The notes under the pieces were generated by a model. That model ran no database searches. It worked only from the letters and a program-made list of their open reading frames with translations, and was not told the DNA's origin. A stretch of DNA of 28,251 nt from a virus (Duplodnaviria > Caudoviricetes). The stretch spans positions 1-28,251 of IMG/VR virus record IMGVR_UViG_3300020044_007529. One strand, given 5' to 3'. This document shows positions 15,259-24,403 of the stretch, piece after piece. Every line of letters begins with the position of its first letter. The stretch's first letter is position 1. Made by a program: the position numbers and the translations under genes.

Positions 15259-16854
15259 TTAGGCGTGTACGCCGAGTGCGAATGCTTCGATTTGAGTCAC
15301 GTCGCCACCGTAGCGCCAAGATGCGACCACGTAGGTCAGGCCCTTACGGATGTCGCGCCATCGCTCGATCTGTACACCGCTTGCGCGCTCACAGAATGCG
15401 TAGTATGCGAAGTTACCGAAGATGACGGACTTGTTGGTGGTACCGATTGCGGGAATCTGTGCCGACAACATTACCGGCCAACCTTCAACCGTGCGCTTGC
15501 CGTTCACTGTTTCGGTGATACGGTTGTAGTTGGTCAGGTCGAGGGTCTTCAATGCACCCCATGTGCTGTTCTGCATAATGAAGCCGGTTTCGCCATTGGT
15601 CAGGTACTCGCCAGCAACGTCGACGCTCAATGCAACAATCTGTGCGTTGGTGATTGCGGCTGCGCTGAATGCCGTGGTGTTCGTGACGCGGGTCAATAAG
15701 CCGTAAGGCTGTGATGAACCCGTACCGTTGACGATGTAGTTGTTGGCACTAACTGCCATTGCCCGAGCGATTTCGGTCTGAATGAATCCCTCGAGGTTCG
15801 AGGATGTGTCGGCCATCAATTCATCTGACAAAGCGAACTCGAGGGTGTCTTTGTATAGTTGGATGGTCTTTGAGTTAGCGAGGTTTGGCTCGGATGCCGT
15901 TGCGGTGACGCCTTCGGCAACGATTCCCGGGGATGCCTTGACGGACTGCGCAGGCATGATGTGCTTCCATGATTCCGTGGTCACGCGAGTGAAACCAACT
16001 TGACCAAGGAAAGACATTTCGTCGCGCTTTGCAACAATCTCACGATTAATCGTGGTAGGAACAGTATAACCGCCGTCGTTGTTCGTTGCTTCGGTCAGTG
16101 TCTTAAATGCGGATTTCTTTGCGTTGGTCAACGTGTTCATCACGCTGGCGTCATCGCTACCACGCATGAAGGACTTGTAGGCCTGATGGTACTCGTTGGT
16201 GTCGAATGGGTTGGTGACTTCAACCGCAGCTGGTGCGGCCTTGAGTGCTGGTGCGCTGTGCAGTGTGCCGCCTGCTACGGGTTCGCCAGCCAGCTCGTGG
16301 ATGGCTGCCTTGACTGCGTCTTTCATGTTGTCCATGGTGTGTTCTGTTTCCTCTGTTAATACTGCGGTTTGAATATCGTCATGACCGGTATTCGCTGCCG
16401 CAGTGCGCACAGTGGTTCCTTTGGTCGTAACTTCGGTTGTGGTACGTGGTTCCGCTGGGGTTGGTGTCAATGAGATTTCACCGACAACCCATCGCTTGAT
16501 TTCGCCATCGACGCGCTCGACTAAATGAGGCAATGCACCGGTCGAAAGACCGAGCGCGCCCTGCTCTGCAAGCTTCATCACGTCGGCGGCATACTTGTGC
16601 CGTCGGTCTAATTCAATTTGCACGTCGATGCCGGTGTCGGTCGGAGTCCATACCTTAACCGTACCGATTTGCGATTTGATACCGCCCAGCGCATGGTCAT
16701 AGTAGACCGGCATCCCAACGAAGGGACGCGATCCGCCGAAGTCGGTATCTTTGCTGAATCGGTCACCGGTCAAATCCTCGCCACCGTAGACAACACCGAC
16801 CCCGCTTAGGGTGAACGGTGCGACGGCTTTTATTGCGTGTGGTGTTGACTTCAT
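15259..16854 (-). CDS. Prohead protease fused to HK97-family major capsid protein
   Basis: N-terminal DLTGDRF..YYDH..LGLSTG..EISLTPTPAEPRT protease motifs; C-terminal GGYTVP, LSDELMAD, VNGTGSSQPYGL, IFGNF capsid motifs. Confidence 0.93.
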   Translation of the reverse strand: MKSTPHAIKAVAPFTLSGVGVVYGGEDLTGDRFSKDTDFGGSRPFVGMPVYYDHALGGIKSQIGTVKVWTPTDTGIDVQIELDRRHKYAADVMKLAEQGALGLSTGALPHLVERVDGEIKRWVVGEISLTPTPAEPRTTTEVTTKGTTVRTAAANTGHDDIQTAVLTEETEHTMDNMKDAVKAAIHELAGEPVAGGTLHSAPALKAAPAAVEVTNPFDTNEYHQAYKSFMRGSDDASVMNTLTNAKKSAFKTLTEATNNDGGYTVPTTINREIVAKRDEMSFLGQVGFTRVTTESWKHIMPAQSVKASPGIVAEGVTATASEPNLANSKTIQLYKDTLEFALSDELMADTSSNLEGFIQTEIARAMAVSANNYIVNGTGSSQPYGLLTRVTNTTAFSAAAITNAQIVALSVDVAGEYLTNGETGFIMQNSTWGALKTLDLTNYNRITETVNGKRTVEGWPVMLSAQIPAIGTTNKSVIFGNFAYYAFCERASGVQIERWRDIRKGLTYVVASWRYGGDVTQIEAFALGVHA

Positions 16855-17960
16855 TTGACCCCCAACAATCGACGTGCGAAGCGCTTTGTTGCTTCTTCTT
16901 TCATTGTCGCGGTGCTGTCAAGTGCTGACATCTCATCTTTCCACGCCTGTGGTAATCGTGCGACGAATTCCTCGCCTTTTGCCGTTGCAAGGTCTATTAG
17001 TCGCTGTTTGAATGTTTCGAAGCTGACATCGCCCTGATACCGTCCCCACGATGACACGGCCGCGTCGACGTCGCCCGGTGTCACGATGGGAAAGTTCCGC
17101 GTCTCGGGTATAACAAAGTCAGACGCAGGCATATCTTCGCGCTGTGCTGGTGTCGTGTTGCGGTCTTCGATGGCGGCCACTGCGTTTTCATCCATTGGAG
17201 CCGGATTAGATTCCGCCATGGCTTCTTCTTCGACCGCAGCGAGTTTCAACGTGGCTTCCGGAATAATCCACAGTTTACAAACGCCCTCCGGGTCAATGTC
17301 ACCTTCGACGATCTCGCACTTGCCTTCCATGTAAAACACGCAGGCACCGCACATGATGCCTTCTGCCTTGAATGGGTTTACGTCGCCGGGTCCGTAATGC
17401 GCACCGTTCGCGCCAATGCCTTGATTGAACAATCCGTACTCTTCGACCAAGCTTTCATAGGTGTCGTACATGGCTACCTGTCGCTCGGTCAAGGTAACGG
17501 ACTCATCGACGGCCTTGGTTGCGCTCTTTGGTTTCATGCCATCGTAACCAACGGCGCGCAGTGCCTTCATAGTCTCCCGATTGTGGTGCGCCGCCATGCG
17601 TAGCGCTTCCATGTCGCTCTCCGAATGCCGTCGTGATGCTTTGGTGCTCATGCTATTCTCCTCAATAATACGACGTGCCCACGCACGCCCTTCGTCGCCG
17701 CCCCATCCGTACCACGCTTGCCATCCTTTGCCCTGCTCATCCCACGTCGAGCCCTCCTTGTCAATCTCGTGACGGTCGAAGTATGCAACCATCCTTTGCA
17801 CCGTCTCGAGACTCACAGGTTCACGCTTCGCCAGTTGATTCGCACGAGCCAAGCCAACCGGTGTCATACCCTGCTGACTTGGTGGCTTGATCGCACGAAC
17901 ATCGAGCGCACGCTGTGCATTATCCGCGACGGCTTGCGGTGCGATGAATGTGTCGGCCAT
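16851..17960 (-). CDS. Multidomain head-module protein with HiPIP-like 4-Cys domain
   Basis: N-terminal GLARANQLA..RMVAYFDRH..AWYGWGGDEG domain; central CGACVFY..C..IDPEGVCKLW; C-terminal MPASDFVIPETRNFPI (DUF6582-like). Confidence 0.7.
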   Translation of the reverse strand: MADTFIAPQAVADNAQRALDVRAIKPPSQQGMTPVGLARANQLAKREPVSLETVQRMVAYFDRHEIDKEGSTWDEQGKGWQAWYGWGGDEGRAWARRIIEENSMSTKASRRHSESDMEALRMAAHHNRETMKALRAVGYDGMKPKSATKAVDESVTLTERQVAMYDTYESLVEEYGLFNQGIGANGAHYGPGDVNPFKAEGIMCGACVFYMEGKCEIVEGDIDPEGVCKLWIIPEATLKLAAVEEEAMAESNPAPMDENAVAAIEDRNTTPAQREDMPASDFVIPETRNFPIVTPGDVDAAVSSWGRYQGDVSFETFKQRLIDLATAKGEEFVARLPQAWKDEMSALDSTATMKEEATKRFARRLLGVK

Positions 17961-18418
17961 CAGAGCGCCTCCATTGCTTTGGCTACGATGTAGTCAAGGT
18001 CACCCGATGCGCTGACTTGGTCGGCCGCGTTGGCCGCTGTATTCCATCGACCTTTATGTATTTGCGCTTGTTGGTCACCGACAACATAGGGAGCGTATGA
18101 AGCGCCGCTTGTCAGTAGTGCCTCATCTCCGTCTAGGGTTATCGTATACGCTCGGTTGCTCGCTTCGCTTAACGAAGGCGAACCACGACCACGCACATAC
18201 GGTACGGTGATTTCACCGCGGCTAATTGCAGCCATTACGAAGCGTTGCTGTTTGACGCTCACGAACTTCATAGAACCACGTGCTGGTGGTGGTGGCTTGT
18301 TTTCGCTAAGCCGTGCTTGTACCTGCGTTGCATACGCCAGTGTGACCGTGCGTATCATCTCGCCAATCTGCGCTTCGCCGATTCGGCTTAGTATTTCTAC
18401 ATTGACTTCGTAACTCAT
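17960..18418 (-). CDS. Neck / virion morphogenesis protein (HK97 gp10 / Mu gpG-like)
   Basis: ASYAPYVVG..QAQIHKGRW motif; head module position. Confidence 0.55.
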   Translation of the reverse strand: MSYEVNVEILSRIGEAQIGEMIRTVTLAYATQVQARLSENKPPPPARGSMKFVSVKQQRFVMAAISRGEITVPYVRGRGSPSLSEASNRAYTITLDGDEALLTSGASYAPYVVGDQQAQIHKGRWNTAANAADQVSASGDLDYIVAKAMEAL

Positions 18419-18627
18419 TGCACCGCCCCCGAAATGGTTTCGCTGTCTTCTACCGTTACCAAGTAACCCATCGTTTCAAAGGTTTCACGCAAAGCATACG
18501 AAAAAACCGAACAAATTGGCTGTGTTTCCTTGAATGCGTTAAGCAATGAAGCTAGTTCGGCACTACCGACAAATACGCCGTCAATCATCTCTGCGCGTTG
18601 CCCCTTCCCCTCGACTACTGTGTTCAT
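18415..18627 (-). CDS. Small hypothetical protein, candidate immunity protein
   Basis: 70 aa, GGAGG RBS, ATGA-coupled to the MuF-HExxH gene. Confidence 0.6.
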   Translation of the reverse strand: MNTVVEGKGQRAEMIDGVFVGSAELASLLNAFKETQPICSVFSYALRETFETMGYLVTVEDSETISGAVQ

Positions 18628-20258
18628 TTGCCTCCGTCCTTTACGATTTGCAGAAACAACTTCAAAGGTTCTGGGTCTATGCCGTTTGTAGCGCGTGTCA
18701 ATGAGGATATTGGCATTGTAAGAACCTCAGGAAAGTCTGTCCGTATGGTATGACGCGTTCCTGCGTAACTACGAAGTGTCTGCACATCCTCGACCGCATC
18801 TTTGTATGTCACAACATTTTTTGGAACGCCCACATAATCACCCGGAGCAGCTTTCGCCATAGTTACCAACGGCTCGCCGGCAATTCTTTGTGCGACAAAC
18901 GCATTAGTGGCGGATATACCGTATTGATAATTAGCCTGCAAACCGTGCAGTGTTTCGTGGATAATGTGCGTCTCCGGAGCACCATTTGTAGGGATGTATA
19001 TGGTTCCTTTATCTCCGCTATAATTCCACGCGGCGCCTCCGTTATTGCCGCGCAATTGCTGAATGTTTACAACCATTGGCGCTCCACTATCAGGGGCAAT
19101 ACCGGCCGTTAACCGCACTGCTTCGCTTATGCGAGCTTGTTCTGCTTTGGTAAAAGCACGACCACCAAATCGTATGTCAACCTGTTGTGGTGTTTCATTC
19201 TGCAAAGTTCGAAGTAATGCCATCGCAGCATCATTATCGTATGACATCATTCGGCGATTGGCATCTGAGCGAATACGCACAGCTTCTTGTAATTCAACTT
19301 GCTTTGCGTCTTTTTCAGGTCCGTCTGGCATCTTCTTAACTTCTGCGGACAACCGTACCATATCAGCTGAAGCTGTTTTGAACTCGTCATGTGCCTGCAT
19401 TGCTTCAGGCGGCAAAGAATCACGAATACCGTTGTATATATCGTCAACCGTTGGTGCTGTCGGTGGTGCTTGCTCTCCCACAGTTACAGTCTCCGGCGCC
19501 AAGAATTGTTCTTCGCTTGTCTGCGATGCTTCCTCGGTCGGCTTAGCATCACGCAACAATCGTAGCGTCGTGTCACATCGGCAGTTAACGTGAGCCGGCG
19601 CGCCGTCTGGGAATTCAGCGCCCCATTCTTCTTCCGTCTGACCGTTCAACGGTGCACAAATCGGACAAACTAACTCGTCAGCGTCGGTGTTCCACACGCG
19701 TATCATCGGAATGCCACGATCCGCCAAGTAATCTTTGTACGATGTTGTCGCCTGCGATGCGGCCCGCGTCGTCTCAGTGATTGCTATCATCTTTGCGCGA
19801 TTTGGGTCGTACGCATAAGACAAACGGCTTTGCACGTCCTGAATAGTCATTCCCGGCGTGGTTCGAAATTCGCCAACTACCTTTTGTATAACATCTGCCG
19901 AAGTTTGGTCAATCCCCTTCGTAATCATTGGTACATGATTGCCGAGCCAGTCCAGAAGAACTTTGTCGTTCTCAAGTGGCGGCGTTCCAAGCGTCTGCGA
20001 TATATTCGCAGTTCGTCGCTGCATGGTTGTTGTTAGTTCCTCGGTCAGGATTGGCGCAATCACGTCACGCATTGACGGATTGGCTTGACGATTGTTTACT
20101 ATGTCGTCTACCCACTTTTCACCCTGCTTTTCAATAAGCGGACGAATTTTCTTATAGATGCGCAGTTCGTCTGGTGTCATGTCGTCTACAGAAATCTTTA
20201 CCGCATTGACGATTGCGTGAACTTCGCCGACGGTTATTCCTTTGTAGCACCGAGTCAT
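18624..20258 (-). CDS. MuF / SPP1 gp7-like head morphogenesis protein with C-terminal HExxH domain; frame stays open upstream to the portal slippery site
   Basis: RAKMIAITETTRA..VWNTDADELVCPIC..PAHVNCRC MuF motif; IIHETLHG zincin motif at 18945-18959; ATG at 20258 has no RBS. Confidence 0.85.
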   Translation of the reverse strand: MTRCYKGITVGEVHAIVNAVKISVDDMTPDELRIYKKIRPLIEKQGEKWVDDIVNNRQANPSMRDVIAPILTEELTTTMQRRTANISQTLGTPPLENDKVLLDWLGNHVPMITKGIDQTSADVIQKVVGEFRTTPGMTIQDVQSRLSYAYDPNRAKMIAITETTRAASQATTSYKDYLADRGIPMIRVWNTDADELVCPICAPLNGQTEEEWGAEFPDGAPAHVNCRCDTTLRLLRDAKPTEEASQTSEEQFLAPETVTVGEQAPPTAPTVDDIYNGIRDSLPPEAMQAHDEFKTASADMVRLSAEVKKMPDGPEKDAKQVELQEAVRIRSDANRRMMSYDNDAAMALLRTLQNETPQQVDIRFGGRAFTKAEQARISEAVRLTAGIAPDSGAPMVVNIQQLRGNNGGAAWNYSGDKGTIYIPTNGAPETHIIHETLHGLQANYQYGISATNAFVAQRIAGEPLVTMAKAAPGDYVGVPKNVVTYKDAVEDVQTLRSYAGTRHTIRTDFPEVLTMPISSLTRATNGIDPEPLKLFLQIVKDGGK

Positions 20259-20338
20259 AACAACTTCAATATCATCAGCGGATATTAACGCAGAATCAAA
20301 CGTGCACCGAGGTTCACGCCCGCTTTTAATCCTGCGCT

Positions 20339-21553
20339 CTATTTTTTTGATAGTAGCGCAAACTCCTTTGCAAGCTTTGTCGATAACGTCTCAGGCTCAA
20401 TCAGCGCTGGCTCGTCGCTCTGCGTTGGTTCGCTTGGTGCTTCGGTCAGCGTTGTTTCCGGTGCGGCAAGGTCACCGGGAAGTATGATGTCGGCAATGCC
20501 GTCGTACCCGAGGATTTGCATCGCGGCGCGAAGTGGGACACCGGCTTGTGTGAGTTGCAACAAAGACCCGGCGCGCTGTGCCTCGTCAGCTTGCATGACG
20601 TCGAGTTGCTCCGGCATGAATTCGATGGAATAGTTCAGCGGGTTCAGGAGTTGTTCGTTCATCACGTCGGCGAGTTTTGGCAATCGCGGTATGACCGTTT
20701 CCCGCCAGAATGATTGCCGGTCACTATCTGCGGTCGCATAGTTCGCCGCCGATGCTTCCAACATGGTCAACGGTACGCCCATGGTCATGGCGATCTGCTT
20801 CAATGTACGGTCAGCGAGTTCAGGCATCATTAAGGTATTGATGTCTGGGGTAATCTTCTGCACTTTGAGTTCCTGAGCGCGCACGAATATCCATTTGAAT
20901 GCGTTAAGTACTCCGCTTCCACGCTGATTGATTTCCGTACCCATGCGTCGAAACTCAGCGTCATCCATGCTGTCTGGTAGGTTCATCACCGTGACCGGCT
21001 GCGCGCCGCCTTCAAAGAACATCGACACGAAGCGGTCGAGGTTATACGATAGTTGTGCGTTTTGCATGGCGACCTGTGCCGCGGCTAAGCCGGGCCCAAC
21101 GTCGTCGGTGAATGAGTTTTCACGGAAGTAGACAATCTGTTCTAACGTCCACGGCCCGTACATTTTGCCGCCAATAACTTGGTTAAACGATAATCCGAGG
21201 TACGGATTCTCAAGTGTGCCAAGGTTCGGATCGTAGCGGTAATTAACGGTTGTAGGGTTGAGTGCTTCGAAGCCGACCAACGTGCGACCCTTGACGATAC
21301 GGACCCAATACGCTGCACCGGCAACGAGGAGACTTCGCTCGGTCGATGCAATCAGCCGTGAAAAATTCTTTTTCCATGGCCACTCAACCTCGACACCATT
21401 GCGCATCAAACGATACGGAACCGAGCTTATTGCATCGGCGCGCAGGTTGACCGCACGGTACAACGGCGCAACGTGTGCATAGCCGACGTCCGCCGTTTTA
21501 ATCGTTCCGTTTCTCAGTAATCGACCCAGCCAATCCGGGCTATTCATGGTCAT
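20339..21553 (-). CDS. Portal protein (HK97-family)
   Basis: YRAVNLRADAISSVP, FFEGGAQP, IAMTMGVPLTML..ANYATA..FWRETVIP; follows the large terminase (ATGA overlap). Confidence 0.93.
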   Translation of the reverse strand: MTMNSPDWLGRLLRNGTIKTADVGYAHVAPLYRAVNLRADAISSVPYRLMRNGVEVEWPWKKNFSRLIASTERSLLVAGAAYWVRIVKGRTLVGFEALNPTTVNYRYDPNLGTLENPYLGLSFNQVIGGKMYGPWTLEQIVYFRENSFTDDVGPGLAAAQVAMQNAQLSYNLDRFVSMFFEGGAQPVTVMNLPDSMDDAEFRRMGTEINQRGSGVLNAFKWIFVRAQELKVQKITPDINTLMMPELADRTLKQIAMTMGVPLTMLEASAANYATADSDRQSFWRETVIPRLPKLADVMNEQLLNPLNYSIEFMPEQLDVMQADEAQRAGSLLQLTQAGVPLRAAMQILGYDGIADIILPGDLAAPETTLTEAPSEPTQSDEPALIEPETLSTKLAKEFALLSKK

Positions 21554-22740
21554 GCAAAGCTCCATTCTACACGGGGTTTCGATATCATTGCCACGGCACC
21601 GCTGGCGGCGTCAACATAGTCGTCATGTTGACCGCTTGGAAACGCAACGACCTCATCGAGAAAGTCACGACACCATGCACCGTTTACCACGACCACGGCG
21701 CCAGCTTCGGCTCTGGCGGCCCAAGGCATAGCGCGTTGGACTTTATCGCCCTTGACGTCAATACCGCGGAACGCGATGTCGGCAATCTCGGGAATACGAC
21801 GCAACTCCTGAACCGCGGCGAGGCCGTGCTGTGCTTTTTCGATACCGTGCGTCGTGTCCGTTTCGCGGCGCATTGTATCCACGATGATTCGTCGAACATC
21901 TGGCCACTCCGCTTTCACTTTGATGCCGTCGGCAATATAGAACACGCCGTCGTGTAAACACACACGAACCGACGCGGTATAGTCTGCTGATTGTTTGACG
22001 CTTGATGCAAGGTCCCAATATCGGAACCACTTCGCACCGTGCGGTCTGACTTCGGTAGTCTTCAACCAATGGCGTTGAAACATTGCACCGGCTGGATTGA
22101 TGTCTTGTCCAAGAACTTCCTGCGCGTACATTTCAGACGTATAACTTTTTTTGAGTGCTTCTTTGTATTCGCCGCTTAAATAAAAGTTATCAGTGCTTTT
22201 TGCGTTGATGACTTCGTACTGAGGATTGTTTGCATTATCTGCAAAAATCTTAGACGGCCAAGGATTCCGGTAGTTTGGCGATGATGTCATGATAATTTGA
22301 CCGGGCGAAAGATTGAGACGTCCCATGGCCACAGTCCATAACGTGTTAATACCGTCGACGTATTCGTTCATGTATGCAGGTTCGTCGAACCAACACATTG
22401 CCGCAGACATACCGCGAACCATGTTGAAATTGTTGCTCGAAAAAAACACATACTCACGACCCCCAATCAGTTTGATGTGATAAGGTGGTGATAGTGTTGG
22501 CGGGCCGTCAAGAATTGACATTCCACTGCGACGTTCAATGTCACTGATGATTTGCAAAAGCGTGCGCAATGCTCCGTTGCGAATGTTTTCATACGATGGT
22601 GCTGCTATGATGTTCATCGATCCCATTGGAGCGGTCAGCATTTTCAACGCACCACCATACGATTTGCCTGCACGAATGCCGCCTTTGTAGTAAAGGTATT
22701 TAGCCTTCGAGGTCAACAACCTGTGCTGATGCGGTAACAT
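21550..22740 (-). CDS. terL: Terminase large subunit (start uncertain, 22740-22809)
   Basis: LPHQ Q-motif, Walker A GGIRAGKS, Walker B CWFDE, nuclease RYWDLA and HDDYVDA. Confidence 0.95.
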   Translation of the reverse strand: MLPHQHRLLTSKAKYLYYKGGIRAGKSYGGALKMLTAPMGSMNIIAAPSYENIRNGALRTLLQIISDIERRSGMSILDGPPTLSPPYHIKLIGGREYVFFSSNNFNMVRGMSAAMCWFDEPAYMNEYVDGINTLWTVAMGRLNLSPGQIIMTSSPNYRNPWPSKIFADNANNPQYEVINAKSTDNFYLSGEYKEALKKSYTSEMYAQEVLGQDINPAGAMFQRHWLKTTEVRPHGAKWFRYWDLASSVKQSADYTASVRVCLHDGVFYIADGIKVKAEWPDVRRIIVDTMRRETDTTHGIEKAQHGLAAVQELRRIPEIADIAFRGIDVKGDKVQRAMPWAARAEAGAVVVVNGAWCRDFLDEVVAFPSGQHDDYVDAASGAVAMISKPRVEWSFA

Positions 22741-23146
22741 CGTCGTGTGATTTATCCGCAGTTCCGAGGTCGATAATGAAGTTTGATGGCTGATTGGTCG
22801 TATTGACATTGTACGATTCTCTATAGCTCGGGTCGAGCTTCTTCAATAGAAACATCACCATGACCGGCGTAGTTGGCGCCATACTGTACGCCAATGATTC
22901 GAGGAACTCTTGGCGCACTTCGCGACCGCGTCGGGTTGCTTCTTCTACCTTCGCAGCGAAAACCGGGTCGGCGTCGCGTGCACGGAGGAGGTCACGCCGG
23001 TTCACGCTGCACACCTTGCACGCGTCCGTCATGAAGCCAAGACGTTCAATGGCTTCTAAGATTTCCGTCTGCTGTAGCTTCGTTATGATTGCCGGTTGAC
23101 TGTCGGCTTTAACAACGTTGCTTCGTGGCTTGCGTGGCGAGGTCAC
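22700..23146 (-). CDS. terS: Terminase small subunit
   Basis: HTH-like GFMTDACKVCSVNRR..DPVFA and MFLLKKLDPSYRE; GTG start overlaps the holin stop; directly upstream of terL. Confidence 0.8.
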   Translation of the reverse strand: MTSPRKPRSNVVKADSQPAIITKLQQTEILEAIERLGFMTDACKVCSVNRRDLLRARDADPVFAAKVEEATRRGREVRQEFLESLAYSMAPTTPVMVMFLLKKLDPSYRESYNVNTTNQPSNFIIDLGTADKSHDDVTASAQVVDLEG

Positions 23147-23319
23147 CCGAGTTTCTCCGATGAGATGAACCGAAGCGCGACGTTGATAATCGCCAACGCA
23201 TACGCCAGTTGCGGTATCATATCTTTCATCTCGGGCCACTGTGCGACCGTGCCAACAATCATTGCGGCGAGGGTCAACACGTTAATCCATACGGTCTTTG
23301 ATTTGTACCAGCGCTTCAT
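23143..23319 (-). CDS. Holin-like membrane protein, 58 aa (not in ORF track)
   Basis: MKRWYKSKTVWINVLTLAAMIVGTVAQWPEMKDMIPQLAYALAIINVALRFISSEKLG*; two hydrophobic helices; AGGAGG RBS; lysis cluster. Confidence 0.8.
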   Translation of the reverse strand: MKRWYKSKTVWINVLTLAAMIVGTVAQWPEMKDMIPQLAYALAIINVALRFISSEKLG

Positions 23320-23320
23320 A

Positions 23321-23527
23321 TTAGCCTCCTACTGCTGTGCGAAACCACATCACGAACACCGCCCAAAGCAACGAACCAACCAAGGCGGCCGCGTAGAATT
23401 GCCGTTCCAATGTTGCAATGCGTTTCTCAAACTCTTTAAAGTTTGCATCGCCGTTCTCTAGTCGTCGCAGCATCATGTCCATTTTTTCTTCGATTCGCGC
23501 CAGCTTTGTCTCTACCGATTCGGTCAT
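23321..23527 (-). CDS. Lysis-associated membrane protein (coiled coil plus C-terminal TM, XhlA-like)
   Basis: KLARIEEKMD...RIATLER then a hydrophobic helix; next to the endolysin. Confidence 0.7.
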   Translation of the reverse strand: MTESVETKLARIEEKMDMMLRRLENGDANFKEFEKRIATLERQFYAAALVGSLLWAVFVMWFRTAVGG

Positions 23528-23531
23528 CCAA

Positions 23532-24083
23532 TCACCCCTGCTGATATGCTTTAAATTCGGCGCGTATGATGTCGAGATTGATTGCGGTTCCCGGGCATGT
23601 CTTATGCGCTGCCGGGTATTCGCGGTGCCCTTTGAGTGTCGACGCGTCTACTTTGATGCCACGCCACCCCATCAGTGCCAACGTGGTGGACCTGACGAGG
23701 CGATGCAAATCATCGGGCCAAGGGTGAGAGTCATAGTCGCCAACGACCTCGATGCCCCACATGGTGTTATTTCCATAGACCGATGAACAATGAATCCCGG
23801 GAAGGTTAAGTGGACACATTTGCCATATGCCGTCAAGCGCTGGCAACCGTCCGCCGATCACGACGAACAAATGCGGACCGCCTCGCCATCCCATCGCTTC
23901 ATACCGTGCCGACATGGCGTTCATGGTGACCGCACCGGCCCACTGCGATGGCAGCGGTCGGTACGTGTGATGCAACACAACACCCCGAGCCCATGGCGCA
24001 GTTGCCACGGGCTGGTACCCTGCGAGGTGCGCACGGAATTCGTCGACCGTTTTCCAATGTCGCAAGTCGTAGGCGTAGGTCAT
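23532..24083 (-). CDS. Endolysin, N-acetylmuramoyl-L-alanine amidase (Amidase_2)
   Basis: VVLHHT, GIHC, GIEVVG, GHRE and KTCPG zinc-amidase motifs. Confidence 0.92.
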   Translation of the reverse strand: MTYAYDLRHWKTVDEFRAHLAGYQPVATAPWARGVVLHHTYRPLPSQWAGAVTMNAMSARYEAMGWRGGPHLFVVIGGRLPALDGIWQMCPLNLPGIHCSSVYGNNTMWGIEVVGDYDSHPWPDDLHRLVRSTTLALMGWRGIKVDASTLKGHREYPAAHKTCPGTAINLDIIRAEFKAYQQG

Positions 24084-24403
24084 GCTCGGGTACCTTGCCA
24101 CTGCGTAACCTTGTGCATGAACGCGGATTTGTTCATACGGTTCACAATGAAATACAGTTCATTGCCGATGACAGTGATATTGCCGTGCGCATCATCGTAC
24201 GCTTGGAGTAGTTGCCATGGTTTATTGATAGCTGGTCGATACCACAGATGGATAGCGAACTTCTTCGAGATGATGCCATATGCAGACATCGACGTGGCGA
24301 ACCATTGCCCCGCTTTGTCGACCTGTACGAACGTCTGGGTGGCCGTGTAGGTTCCGCCGGGTATGTTGAGTTCAACCTGTGGGGGAATTGGTACTTGCGT
24401 CAT
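24080..24403 (-). CDS. Hypothetical protein, 107 aa
   Basis: ATGA-coupled on both sides; GAGGAG RBS. Confidence 0.75.
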   Translation of the reverse strand: MTQVPIPPQVELNIPGGTYTATQTFVQVDKAGQWFATSMSAYGIISKKFAIHLWYRPAINKPWQLLQAYDDAHGNITVIGNELYFIVNRMNKSAFMHKVTQWQGTRA

